This document shows, one piece after another, positions 1 to 12,102 of a DNA stretch of 64,000 nt. The DNA is from Cyanophora paradoxa CCMP329 (lineage: Eukaryota > Plantae > Glaucophyta): positions 124,001 through 188,000 of the forward strand of contig QPMI01000469.1 of assembly GCA_004431415.1 (NCBI GenBank), written 5' to 3'. Position 1 is the stretch's first letter, and each line of letters starts with the position of its first letter. Made by a program: the position numbers and the translations under genes. A model generated the notes under the pieces. The model was given only the letters and a program-made list of their open reading frames with translations. It searched no databases and was not told the origin of the DNA.

Positions 1-54
1 CTTTGATTTGAAAATGAAGCTCCTCGAAGAAAAAAAGAAAACGCACAAAAAGCT

Positions 55-2652
55 TTACGCATACTTCGTGTAGGAGAGGTACACTGAGAGGCCACGAATC
101 CATTGGAGTTTCCATTTTCTGGAATTCTTTACTTGTGTCTGAAAGCAAGAAATCATGGTGAATATAAAAAACCAGAAATGACGATGAGAAACACGGATCT
201 GCACATTTTGGCTTTCGAGCCGTAAGTTCGGCGAATTGATCAGCAAGCGGGTTACCCCATTTATATTTACTCGGCGTCGAGTCTTCGCAAGGTCCGATTT
301 GGCGTTCCCGAATCTCACTCACAGCTGAGCGCAAGGTAAATTTCTTCAAAACTGACCGCAGAGCGAAAATCCGACGACGTACAGGTTTCGAACTTCCCTC
401 TCAGGTCTTTCACAACAGATAGAAGAGTATTCTTCCGATCCTCTTCATCTGTGATAGCTCTTTGAAGCTCTTCAAGTTCAAGCCTGCAAAACGGTTAAGG
501 AACACAACCTGTACCAAAAAAACAAACGAACTCGTCAGCTCCACTAAGTTCGCGGTCGCCGCGAAGTTTCGTTTTGGAAGCTATAGAAGTGATAGCTTCT
601 TGAACACATGTCAATTGATGGGCAAGTGTCGTTGCGATTTGAAGGCATTTTGCTAATGACGTATCTCTCGCAAACGAGTCCTTGAGTCCATCGACCCTGA
701 GAAGTGATCGTCAATAACCTCAATAAAATCGCCAGTAAAACACTTGCCTTTCGATGAATTTTGAGGTTGATTGGATACTTCGGCGCACAGAAGGAGAACC
801 TTCTTCAGTCGACCATCTGAGTGTGCGGATAAATGTAAGCGATCAAATCCCAGAAACCGATTTTCCAACCGAAGTTCATAAATCCTCCATTGTCATGTCG
901 AGGCCTTCCGTGAGAGTTGGAAAAGACGCTTGGATTTCTGATACAATAAAGAATTCTTGAATAAAGAATAAAGAAAGGAAATTGATTGATTGAAATAATA
1001 CCGGATTTAATTTGTCGGATCGAAACTGCAAGTTCTCGCTCACGCTTTGTTTGAAGAAGTATTTGATTGGGTGAGAGGCTGTACAGGATAAGGTACAAAA
1101 AATGGAGAAATGAACAAAATAGATCGCACCTTGTAGTTTCGCGATTTTCGATGAAGCTTCCAATTTCTCGAATCAGAGCTTTTCCCAGACGAAGCAGCTC
1201 AGTTGCTTGAGGCTGCTCGTGCAAATTGTTTTCTGCCGCCTCGAGCCTGCTAGGTGCATGATTCCTCCAAATTAGGGGTGCACAGATTCGCAAAGAGGTG
1301 CACACCTTGAAGCCATGAAGTTGAAATTCTCACGCTTCATAGTCAAGAGGTCGGAAGCAACTAAAGGTAGCGAAACGAGTCAAATTAAAGCTTTCGATCG
1401 CAGATGGGAGAACAGACACACGCGAAGTACAATCTTGGTCTCCAGGAAAAAGGCGTTTCATTTCATGAACTTCAGCTGTACATGACGAAAGAGATGTTTG
1501 CTTTTCTGATGCGAGAGAAGACGCCGGTGATCCTGCATTGAAAGCATTATAAAGAATTAACGACGTCAAAAACAGAATTAGAGTCACGCCTTCCACTTTG
1601 ATGGAGGGAGTGTTTGCCAGCGGGAAGGGCATGCGCTGCAGCTGAGGAAACGGGAACGGCATGGCTTTCGATTCTGCTTTAGTATTAAAAACGTGTCTGA
1701 CAAGCGCTTCATGCAGGAAACCAGACCTGAATCTCTGGAAGGAGAAGAGCGGAGATCAGACAGTTTATGAGATGCACCTGCCAGGAATAGGTTAACGAAA
1801 ACCAGAAGAAGAAGCGGCGTTTGAGATCGGCTTTACTGTACGAAGGGAAATTTGAACAGAACGCAAGATGTCCAAAAGGATTGCACCGTTCTCTTGGTCA
1901 GTTATGTCGACCTCCGATTTAATTGAACGCTCGAGTGAACTCCCGACAGCCCTGCTGCTTGAGCTTGAAGTCTGCAAAACTTTTTCGATGTCGTCAGAAA
2001 AGTAAAAAAGAATCGGGGGCGCAAACCCTGATTGCCGTCCGAAGCTGAAGGATTCAAACTATCGTCAGAATGATGAAGAGCGACGTTACACTTGCCACGA
2101 ATATCTGCGATGAGAAAAAGATCATTTGAGGCATTTGAGGCATTTGGAGGCATACGAACCTTGAAACTCCTGGAAAAGCTTTACAACCCATAATTTCGTC
2201 TTTTTCGAAAGAGTCGCGAGTTGCAGAATCCTGCGATCTCGTTCTCATCATTACCCAGCGACCAATGCGCAAATACGCAAGGAGACGAGCGAACGAGTCG
2301 GGGTTTGAAGCGTCCAACTCCGCTCTTCGGATGTTATGGAGTTGCTCAACAGCGCTGAGGAGCTCGAAGGAAAAAGAACACAGGTTCTCCTCGGGACTTG
2401 CTTCCAAAGAGAGGCCTTTCTCGGTTCCGGCTGCGTGCTGTAACGCTGTCCGAGCGCTCAAACACTCCTGCACTTTAGTTCCGAGACTGCGCATGCACAG
2501 CAAATCATAAGGAGCAGCAGATAAACAACAGCAATCGAAGCGCACTCTTCACGCCACTTCTCCGCGGCGTCCCTACGAAGGTCTGCGTCCTCAGACGACA
2601 ATGGGTCGCCAGGCCTGCACGATTTCAGAACGCCGGCGTGATTCGAACCCAT
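55..2652 (-). CDS. Multi-exon hypothetical protein(s), helical/charged, divergent from the transposase
   Basis: Chain of minus-strand ORF pieces (2054-2545, 1330-1662, 805-1305, 55-318). No recognisable domain, and the exon structure is not resolved. Confidence 0.3.
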
Positions 2653-3039
2653 TCGAATGAGCGCACGATTCTAATGCAGCTTTGAACTGTATGGCAAGTT
2701 GATACGCCTCGGCGCGTTTGATGCCGTAACAATGGGCAAGTCGTCTCGTTTCCACCGTGCGCGGTGGCGTGGGAAGCAGCATGGTTCTGCAGAGCAGTGT
2801 ATAAGTGAGAAGTGAAGATTTAAGACAAGGCAGGATGGACTTGCATTGGCGAACCACCGAAGCACCTCGAATGCCGGCCCGTCTCTGGGCGGCCGTGGAG
2901 GAAAGGTTGCGACCGAACAGCACCGAGAGAGCTTCTAGCAATTGTCCGACAGCTCTTTCAGTCGGCTGCTACGCTGCAATGTCCAGTCTGTTGCTTTCGA
3001 ATGATGGATCGCGTACCCCGACCAACCACACGTACCCTC

Positions 3040-6000
3040 ATGATCACTTCCCGTCTGCCATGCTGTGTTTACCATAACATTCCAAGCTTTAAGAGTAACA
3101 AGTACAAGCCAGCGCAGATAAACAGTCATGAACGTGAAAGAAGCACAGCCTTGCTTTTGCTCAGAATGCAAAGGCGCCTGGTGTCGGTTCGCACAAGCGC
3201 GATGCATAGAATGAAAGCTTTCTATGGATTCGGTGCACGGCCGGCATTACGCACTCGGATAGCGCGATACTCGGCGTCTGGACGATTACGCGACGGCTGG
3301 GTTCCAGCCGAGAATCTCGAGGAACTGTACATGTTGCCCTACCAAAAACAACAGAGTATAGAGAGCGCCAAAACGTCAACGTAAACAGGCGATCGAGGCG
3401 CTGCAGGCAAGACAGGCAGAAGCATCTCCAGCACATGAAAATGGAATTGAACCTGATGATTCTGGGAACCTCACCGAATCTGATGAGATCTGGCAAGAGT
3501 ATGCTGAGAACTCTGATCAATCTCTATCTTCGGATCTTGAACGCTCGAAACCTGAGGATTATACAAGTGCTCTTTTCACAGACTGCCCAATAACAGTTCG
3601 TACAATGCTACTGAAACCGTAATTTATTCCAGACACTATCTTATCGTCGTTCGATACAGGAAGCTTGCTACACTGCGTTTTGTTCGAGGCTCAAGACTCG
3701 GTTTCCGCAAATTCCTATCGAGAGTTTCAGCTATATCAGCAACTTTTTGAATCAGTGCTTTCTCAAGTTACCAAATCCTGTCCGCCTGGTCGGCTGGCGT
3801 TCGATGATGAATCGCGTCTCGGTATTCGCTGAGGTAAGTTTTATGACGAATGGTTCCGCACAGCGAACTCAACATTCTGCAGCCTTTCATTAGGTTTCGC
3901 CTTTGCACAGCGAACGAGAGCTCCAGGAATCTCGGTTCATTTTGCGATACAGTCTGGATTGAAGACGATTCGAGAAGTGGTGGTGCGAGCAAGAATGCGC
4001 CATGTCTTTGTGGTGGCACTGAGTATAGAACTGCAACTCGAGGCTTCTTTTTTCCTTTGAGCCAATCCTGGCAAGTATTTCTGAACAATCCACAACTATT
4101 GAAGCGTTTCATGTATGTTTCGAGTTTTCGTGGTTCTTCTCCCTCTGACTTCGTCAGGTTCGGAGCCCAGCGGGCCTCGTCAGAACGTGATTCTCCTCCA
4201 CCTTACTACTGCACCTTCAGCAACTGGGAGACGCGTCAAACCCTGGTTCGAGACTACACGGATTCAGATCACTTTCGCTACTACGTGAAAGATGGAAGAG
4301 TACTTCTCCCAGAAAATGGAAAGAAGCGGGGAATTTGCGTGCTTCTTGCGTATTCAACTGACGCGGCAGTAAAGAACCTCTGGTCCGTTTTATATCCCTT
4401 CAAATATTTAGGATTTGCAAACATGTTTTGGGACAGGACTGGAAAAGATTACGGGAGTTTCACGCCAATATTTCTGATCCCCATGACAGCACATCCACAT
4501 TTTCGGTTGCGTTCCGCCAATCCGTGTCCTTGTACATGTCCGTTGCTCACGAAGAGCGCAGAGAAAAATTGAGCGTACTGGCTTTCCTAATCGACGGAAA
4601 AGTTCACAACTTCAACGGCCTTTTTCGGTTATTTTTAACCCCATGGCTAAAAGAAGTGGATCCATGCTCTTCAAAAGCAACTGGGTAGAGCTTTGTATTC
4701 CATTTTCGCCAATCCATGACTTAATGGTAAAAAGCGTGCCATATAGGAATTGCGACACGAACGATATTGAGCATGCATATTTCAGTTGTGTTCTTAACAT
4801 CGACGATCTCCCTGGTCAGGTCGGATCTGCCCGTCTCAGTATGTTTATTTCTTTCACAACTTTTTCTATTCCTTGTCATTATATTAAGCTTGTGTTGAAC
4901 AGAACAATTCAACGCAGTATATGGCAATCCCTTTACAGAAAAAGAGTCAGTCCTGTCTGGGCCAACAACTCGCAACCCACAGTTCAAACAGTGCTGGGAG
5001 CTTCCTGCCGGTGACTGGCGGCGCGACAAGTGCATGTTTACAAAGAAGGATGATGGGCCCGCTCCTGCACGAACAGACGCGCTTATGGTTTGTTTCGAAT
5101 TTCGACATCAGAATACTTCGAATTCATTAACATTCTTCCCGCCTCCAGCGTCAGCGAGGCATTGACGCAGAGAACGCTCGACAAGACAATATGCGTGGTT
5201 TGAAAACAAAAAAAGAGCTACAGGAGTTTCTAAAAGACGATAACAGAGGTAATCAGATCCCTGATTATCGAGGTGGTGTCCCTGATAATCGAGAAGGTGT
5301 TCTCGGTCTCGCTGAAACGGCAAATTTTCCTGGATTCCTCCTTGGACCTCCACAGGACTTCTCCGCTTTCGATAGTGAATTTTTACGTGCTGGGCAGCAC
5401 CATTACGATTTGGATGTGCTCAGATGTGGAGCTCGTCATCTGGACCAAATGCATGCTTTTCAACGAGTAGGGCTCACCTTTCTCTCTGGTATCGCTCTTC
5501 CGCATGATGAATCCGCCCAAGCAAAGCTTGACAGCATTATTCAGTACATTATCATTTCTTATTGCTCGATTAAGCGATTGATTTACACTGCAACAGGAGT
5601 TCATACAGGTTTGATCCGGCGTTGACGTTCCGAATTCGAGACGATCTCCAGCAATACGCGTATCTGGGAACTCCAAAACTGAAACATGCTTGTAGGATCG
5701 CAGCAACCCACTCTACGTGGATGCACTACTCGAGCTCTGAGGTGAGGCCTACTCGAGCTACTTTTGAAAACGACGTTCTCTGAAATGCAAGCAGTTTCGC
5801 GATCCGGACTTTTTGACAACAGCTAAAATAACGAACAAGTTTTCTGAACTGCCGCGCGTCTTATCAGTCCTTCGTGCAACTCTTGATAGCGATTTGGACA
5901 ACACCAATTCCCTCTATAGAATTCTCATGATGAACGAACTCGACTTGCTTCGGGCAACGAGTGCAAAAGTGTTTCCAAGCTTCAATCAATCTCTCAATTA

Positions 6001-7585
6001 TCGACATATTTTCAGGTTTTGTGGAAGGACTATGTGCTTGAGCTTCGCAAACTTGCTGCGATAGTTCACGGAATGCAACGACACTATCGCCCAATTAGCT
6101 TCTGGACAACAATGAATGAGTTTCTTCCGTGCATGTTAGTTTTTTTCCATTGCTTGCTTGCATTGCATAGCATGTAGGCGTTCATCTTACCATTGCTACG
6201 CTTGCAGGATTGACCATATGGCAACGCTAGGCCCTCGTATGCAGTTTGTGCTGCTCAAGTTGAGAGAGGCGCGCACGATATGAAGGCATTACCTGGCATT
6301 GGAGCGCAAACATCTTTGATTCCGAGCGCCGCAAGGCGCTATGTGGTGCGCAGCACAGTGTTCCGGGCACTTCCGAGAATCTTATTTCCGCTTGGAAGGA
6401 AAAAATGTCATGTGCTGTGCTCGAGCAGCATTTCTACGATTTCATGGGACGCATTCCAGGGCTTTTGGACGACGATCGCACTGGGTCGATAATTCGAACT
6501 GTCAAACGAAATATGCCAGGTGTTATGTCCCAAGGAGTTCATACAAAGTTCCACACACGATACGGCTACAAAGTAGAGGGGAGGTGTGTTGTTTTGTTCC
6601 GCGTTATTGTGCTGATTCTGGATTTGACCCGGAATAATCTGCTTTCCCAGTGAACAAGATCCAAATTCACAATATGGGCATCTGCTTAATGCGTACCTGC
6701 GACGCGAGGCAGCTTCAAATTCCCCCCAATTGCGCCCCCTTGCGCGTTTACTCGCACGATTCATGCACGAGAAGCACGCACTTGAGGAGGGGTTAGAGTT
6801 GTACCCGGATGACATTGAAGAAGCTCCGGAACAGGCAGCCCTACGGTGCGTGTCCGGATCAGACTATCTGAAGCTTCCCTGCACTTCTAACTGAGACATA
6901 GATGCGCCTGGGGGAACTGAATTCTGATATTTGGACTCCTCAACCGTCGTACGAGGATACAAGCGTTTTGGAAGAGTCATCGAATGTGAAATGGATAGGA
7001 TTTCCTGCAAACGTCGGAGTGTACTACACAACGTTCTATGCAAACGAGCTCGTTTATTTTGGAGTGGATATGGCTTCGAGCAAACATGACACGTCATGGT
7101 TTTCTTTTGTCGAGAGCGTTTCTGCATCCAAACTTCGAGGTCGGGGTATACTTCCAGTTGGCCGATCTTATCTCTCAATGGAAGCACTTGAATCGCTGCC
7201 ACCGGATACTCTCATCCCAGTCCGGAGGTACGGGCGCGTCAGAGGACTCTTCGAATTCAAGGAGCATGGCGACAAGGCTTCCAATCATCACATAGTGCAT
7301 GTCATCATTTTTGAGCTGCCCGAGTACAACATTCTAGCAAACCTCGATGTTGTTGATACTTCGAAACAGGAGTCCAGAGAGTGGTTGTTTCCGAACGAAT
7401 TCGAGCAGTATCGAATCGAGACAGTCCCTGACTGGAGACACCCACACCTCATTCGCATTGTTCCTCCTCCATCCATCGAGCATTTAGTAGCAGCACAGAA
7501 GTCGTTTCCTTATTTTGATGAATCTGCTCAAACTGCAGTTGTGGTCGATTTCTCAGGCAGAAGACTCGAATTTAATTTCAAATGA
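3040..7585 (+). CDS. CACTA/En-Spm (CMC superfamily) DDE transposase, intron-containing, with one apparent frameshift near 6232
   Basis: Ordered Tnp2-type motifs: ALFTDCPITV (~3570); YSTDAA (candidate D1, 4360); GSFTPIFLIPMTAHPHFR (cf. S.WPV.L...NLPP..R); LFLTPWLKEV; NIDDLPGQ (D2, ~4800); LPAGDWRRDKCMF; RHLDQMH (cf. RHNLDVMH, ~5440); LGP-(frameshift)-YAVCAAQVER (cf. GPV..RWMYPFER, catalytic E, ~6260). The C-terminal exon 6902-7585 has YYTTFYAN...YGRVRGLFEF. The start is uncertain. Confidence 0.85.
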
Positions 7586-7606
7586 ATATTCAAGGGTCAT
7601 TCTCTG

Positions 7607-9960
7607 ACTGAGCCCTGCACTCATGAGAAGAATATTTGGGTCTTTAGGCTTAACGAGTTTCATTGGCAGGTTTATGAGAACATGATTCGGTGATAACGCG
7701 AAAATCAGCAACCAGTATCGTGCAGGGTGTTAAAGAAGCCCTTGTAGCCTTGAACCAGTGAAGAGATGATCAACTGAGCCCTGCACTCATGAGAAGAATA
7801 TTCGAGCCTTTAAGGCTTTATTTGTCGGATCATGAGAACATGATTTGGCGATATCGCGAAAATCAGCAACCAGTGTCGTGCAGGCTGTTTCAGAAGCCCT
7901 TGTGGCCTTGTCCCGTGAAGAGATGATCAACTGAGCCCTGCACTCATGAGAAGAATATTTGGGTCTTTAGGTTTTAAGAGTTTCATTGGCCGGTTCATGA
8001 GAACACCAACGCGAAAATCAGCAACCAGTGTCGTGCAGGCTGTTTCAGAAACCCTTGTGGCCTTGAGACTATGAAGAGATGATCAACTGAGCCCTGCACT
8101 CATGAGAAGAATATTTGGGTCTTTGAGGCTTTATTTGTCGGATCATGAGAACATGATTCAGTCCCAACGAGAAAATCAGCATCCAGTGCCGTGCAGGCTG
8201 TTTTAGAAGCCCTAGTGGCCTTGAGCCCGTGAAGAGATGATCAACTAAGCCCTGCACTCATGAGAAGAATATTTGAGCCTTTAAGGCTTTAAGAGTTTCA
8301 TTGGCCGGTTCATGAGAACACCATTCGGTGATAACGCGAAAATCAGCAACCAGTGTCGTGCAGGCTGTTTCAGAAACCCTTGTGGCCTTGAGACAATGAA
8401 GAGATGATAAACTGAGCCCTGCACTCATGAGAAGCCTTGAAGAATATTCAGATTTGTCGGATCATGAGAACATGATTCAGTGCCAACGAGAAAATCAGCA
8501 TCCAGTGCCGTGCAGGCTGTTTAAGAAGCCTTGTGGCCATGAGCCCGTGAAGAGATGATCAAATAAAACCTGCACTCATGAAAAGATAATTTGAGGCTGA
8601 TCATGAACATGATTTGGCGATATCGCGAAAATAAGCAACCAGTGTCGTGCAGGCTGTTTCAGAAGCCCTTGTGGCCTTGTCCCCGTGAAGAGATGATCAA
8701 CTGAGCCCTGCACTCATGAGAAGAATATTTGGGTTTTTAGGCTTAACGAGTTTCATTGGCCGGTTCATGAGAACACCATTCGGTGATAACGCGAAAATCA
8801 GCATCCAGTTTCGTGCAGGGTGTTTAAGAAGCCCTTGTGGCCTTGAACCAGTGAAGAGATGATCAACTAAGCCCTGCACTCAGGAGAAGAATATCTGGGG
8901 GTTTCGTCTTTAAGGGTTTCATTGGCCGGTTCATGAGACCATGATTCGGTGATAACGCGAAAATCAGCAACCAGTGTCGTGCAAGCTGTTCTTGAAGCCC
9001 TTGTGGCCTTGAGCCCGTGAAGAGATGATCAACTTAGCCCTGCACTCATGAGAAGAATATTTGGGTCTTTAGGCTTTAAGAGTTTCATTGGCCGGTTCAT
9101 GAGAACACCATTCGGTGATAACGCGAAAATCAGCAACCAGTGTCGTGCAGGCTGTTTCAGAAACCCTTGTGGCCTTGAGACTATGAAGAGATGATCAACT
9201 GAGCCCTGCACTCATGAGAAGAATATTTGGGTCTTTGAGGCTTTATATGTCGGATCATGAGAACATGATTCGGTGATAACGCGAAAATCAGCAAACAGTA
9301 TCGTGCAGGGTGTTAAAGAAGCCCTTGTGGCCTTGAACCAGTGAAGAGATGATCAACTTAGCCCTGCACTCATGAGAAGAATATTTGGGTCTTTAGGCTT
9401 TAAGAGTTTCATTGGCCGGTTCATGAGAACCATTCGGTGATAACGCGAAAATCAGCAACCAGTGTCGTGCAGCTGTTTCAGAAACCTTGTGCCTTGAGAC
9501 TATGAGAGATGATCAACTGAGCCTGCACTCATGAGAAGAATATTTGGTCTTGAGGCTTTATATGTCGGATCATGAGAACATGATTCGGTGATAACGCGAA
9601 AATCAGCAAACAGTATCGTGCAGGGTGTTAAGAAGCCTTGTGGCCTTGAACCAGTGAAGAGATGATCAACTTAGCCCTGCACTCATGAGAAGAATATTTG
9701 AGCCTTTAAGGCTTTAAGAGTTTCATTGGCCGGTTCATGAGAACACCATTCGGTGATAACGCGAAAATCAGCAACCAGTGTCGTGCAGGCTGTTTCAGAA
9801 ACCCTTGTGGCCTTGAGACAATGAAGAGATGATCAACTGAGCCCTGCACTCATGAGAAGAATATTCAGATTTGTCGGATCATGAGAACATGATTCAGTGC
9901 CAACGAGAAAATCAGCATCCAGTGCCGTGCAGGCTGTTTTAGAAGCCCTAGTGGCCTTGT
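7607..9960. repeat. Tandem array, about 15 copies of a 137-167-bp unit (mostly 158 or 166 bp), two interleaved subtypes
   Basis: GCCCTGCACTCATGAGAAGAAT (or a close variant) recurs at about 7611, 7777, 7935, 8091, 8250, 8416, 8568, 8705, 8871, 9037, 9203, 9361, 9521, 9674 and 9841. Confidence 0.97.
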
Positions 9961-10002
9961 CGTGGCTCACACTGTCGTGCAGGCTCAAGTTTCATTTCCG
10001 AT

Positions 10003-11750
10003 TCATATTTTGCCGTTACATTTCGAGTTTACCGGCTCAAGAAACAATGTTTTTTCCCTACTTATACAGAGAGAGAGAGAGTGAGTTCTCTTTTGGTAAT
10101 GTTCAAGAGTTTGCATTCGGCTTCTTCTTGCTGCGATTCTGTTCGTCGACTTTGTCGCGTCCTCGTTTCGATGACCTGCAATGTCCACCAACACATTGGA
10201 AAGCGCCAGTAATGAACACATTGCGCGTACGTAACGCACATCGCTGAGCTGGTGAAGTAACAAACACATCCTAGGCGGTTGAACTTGTTTGTGTCGTCAC
10301 AAAGTCGAAGTGGTTGAAAGATATGCTTTGAAATTGAGTCCCAAGTCACTCTATACTGTAGCATAAACTGCGAATGCGAATGGGTCGCAAAAAAGGATTT
10401 TATAAAATGGAAACAAATTACTGACCATAACAAGAAGATTGTATGCATTGATTTCGCGTTCAAGTGCTGGCATCCAAATATTGTCTTCCACTTCGTGAAT
10501 TCTCTTCATCATCTGATGCGCTCTCAGAATGCGGCAAAACTGATTGTGCGCTGATTGTGCGCAAACCGCATAGATGTGTCCTGCAAGCTTAAGGTTATGT
10601 CCTTGATCTCGTGTATCGCATTTGAGCTTATACATGCCAGGAATAGTGAGCGGAAAGCTCTCTCGCGCCGGCAGGATGTTGATGGCAGTCGGGTAAAGGA
10701 ATTCTTTTCTGTCACGGCTCTGCTTCCGAGCGACGTAGAATTCATTTGCAGCTTGATTGTATTCGACGGCAAGATGCTGCGTATCATCAGCGTTTGAAAC
10801 TCTGCTGTGAAACATCTTCTTGTGATGCACCTTGAGTATGCACTGGCGATTTGAAGTGAGGTCTGCAAACGATTGCGGTTGACAATTTGGATTGATGACA
10901 AGAACTTTCCAGTTTTTATATGTCGGAGCCTGTAGACGAAGGAGTTCCGGCTCTTGTGCGTCTCCAAGCATGATGCGTTTTGGATGCCCTGGTTCGATCG
11001 CGGGACGAAGCCTGATCTTTTGAAATTTTCCAAAACGCGCTTCGCGTCGAACTGGAATCCAGCGCAAGTCTCCTTGCGTCCGTGTGGGATCGTTAATGTG
11101 AATCTCTTCAAATTCGGCGACGTGTGGGATTCGGATGCAGGAGTCGACGGAAGAGAGCTTTGTGCCAGCACAAAACCCGATTTGCCCGTAGATGTGAGCG
11201 TCTAAACGCGTTTCACCTTCCGGAGAAAGCGCCAAGCAGCATCCACATTTTGCTCGATTGATGGGAAAACGCAATTTGAGTTCCGGATCCACGACAAACT
11301 TGGGATAAAGAAAGCAATCCTTGCATGGCTGTTCATTGACGATTGGACAAAAGGAGCCGCCCTTGCATTTAGTATCCTTGGCAGATGACGGATCGTCAGG
11401 CCCGTCAGAAGTTTGAAGAAAATAATGGAGAAGGTCTTACGGCAGAGCGGGCGATCTCAAAATCGGATTGATCCTCTTCGTCCACGCCCTCAAGCGAGTG
11501 TTGCTTGAACCCCTCGGTTTCGGGTTCGATACACTTTCGGCAGTTAGTTTGAGCAGGCCGGCCCCCATGATGTGTTTGAACAGGTTTCATAATTACCTGC
11601 AGCATTGTAGGCGAAGACAACATCGTGTCGGCGTCTGGAGACGAACGGGAGGAGTCCTGCGTACGAGTCACGATGGTCGACCAACGAAGAATCGTCACTG
11701 AACCTGTCTTGTTCGTCTGCAATATCGATGTTGAAACTGCGCATCGTCCA
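10003..11750 (-). CDS. Hypothetical protein, Cys/His-rich, multi-exon (main exon 10351-11400)
   Basis: 313-aa ORF 10351-11292 that stays open upstream into a Cys-rich stretch (CKGGSFCPIVNEQPCKDC). No family recognised. Confidence 0.5.
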
Positions 11751-12102
11751 ATCAGGTTACTTGGTTAGAACTCGGGCGCATTCATCGGCTAGAGCGCTAT
11801 GCTTACGAGGGTGATGAACGGTCATCATCAGCGTGAGGATCTCCTTCCGACATCGGCGCCTTCGAGATTTCCTCAACAGGTGGCGCGAAATACAAAAGAT
11901 CAAGTACCCTGCTGGTTGCAAGCATTGTACCCGCAATGTACCCGAAGCGTACCCCAGAGATTTTGAACTGCACGCTGGCCAGCGGCTGTGAACGGTGTGG
12001 ACGGTGAGCTCGCTTTCAGCCGCGATCGGCGGTAAACAGTGAGCCCGTGCATCCGGCGCCTGCGTAGCTCGCCACGGCAACGTTGGGGCTGCCAGCGCGC
12101 GA

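Noticed and set aside
3295-3325. Chromodomain-like GWVPAENL
   Set aside because: It is a single short motif without the rest of the chromodomain pattern.
7607-9960. CRISPR array or coding repeat (60-aa ORFs)
   Set aside because: The whole unit is repeated with no spacers, and the frames are not conserved.
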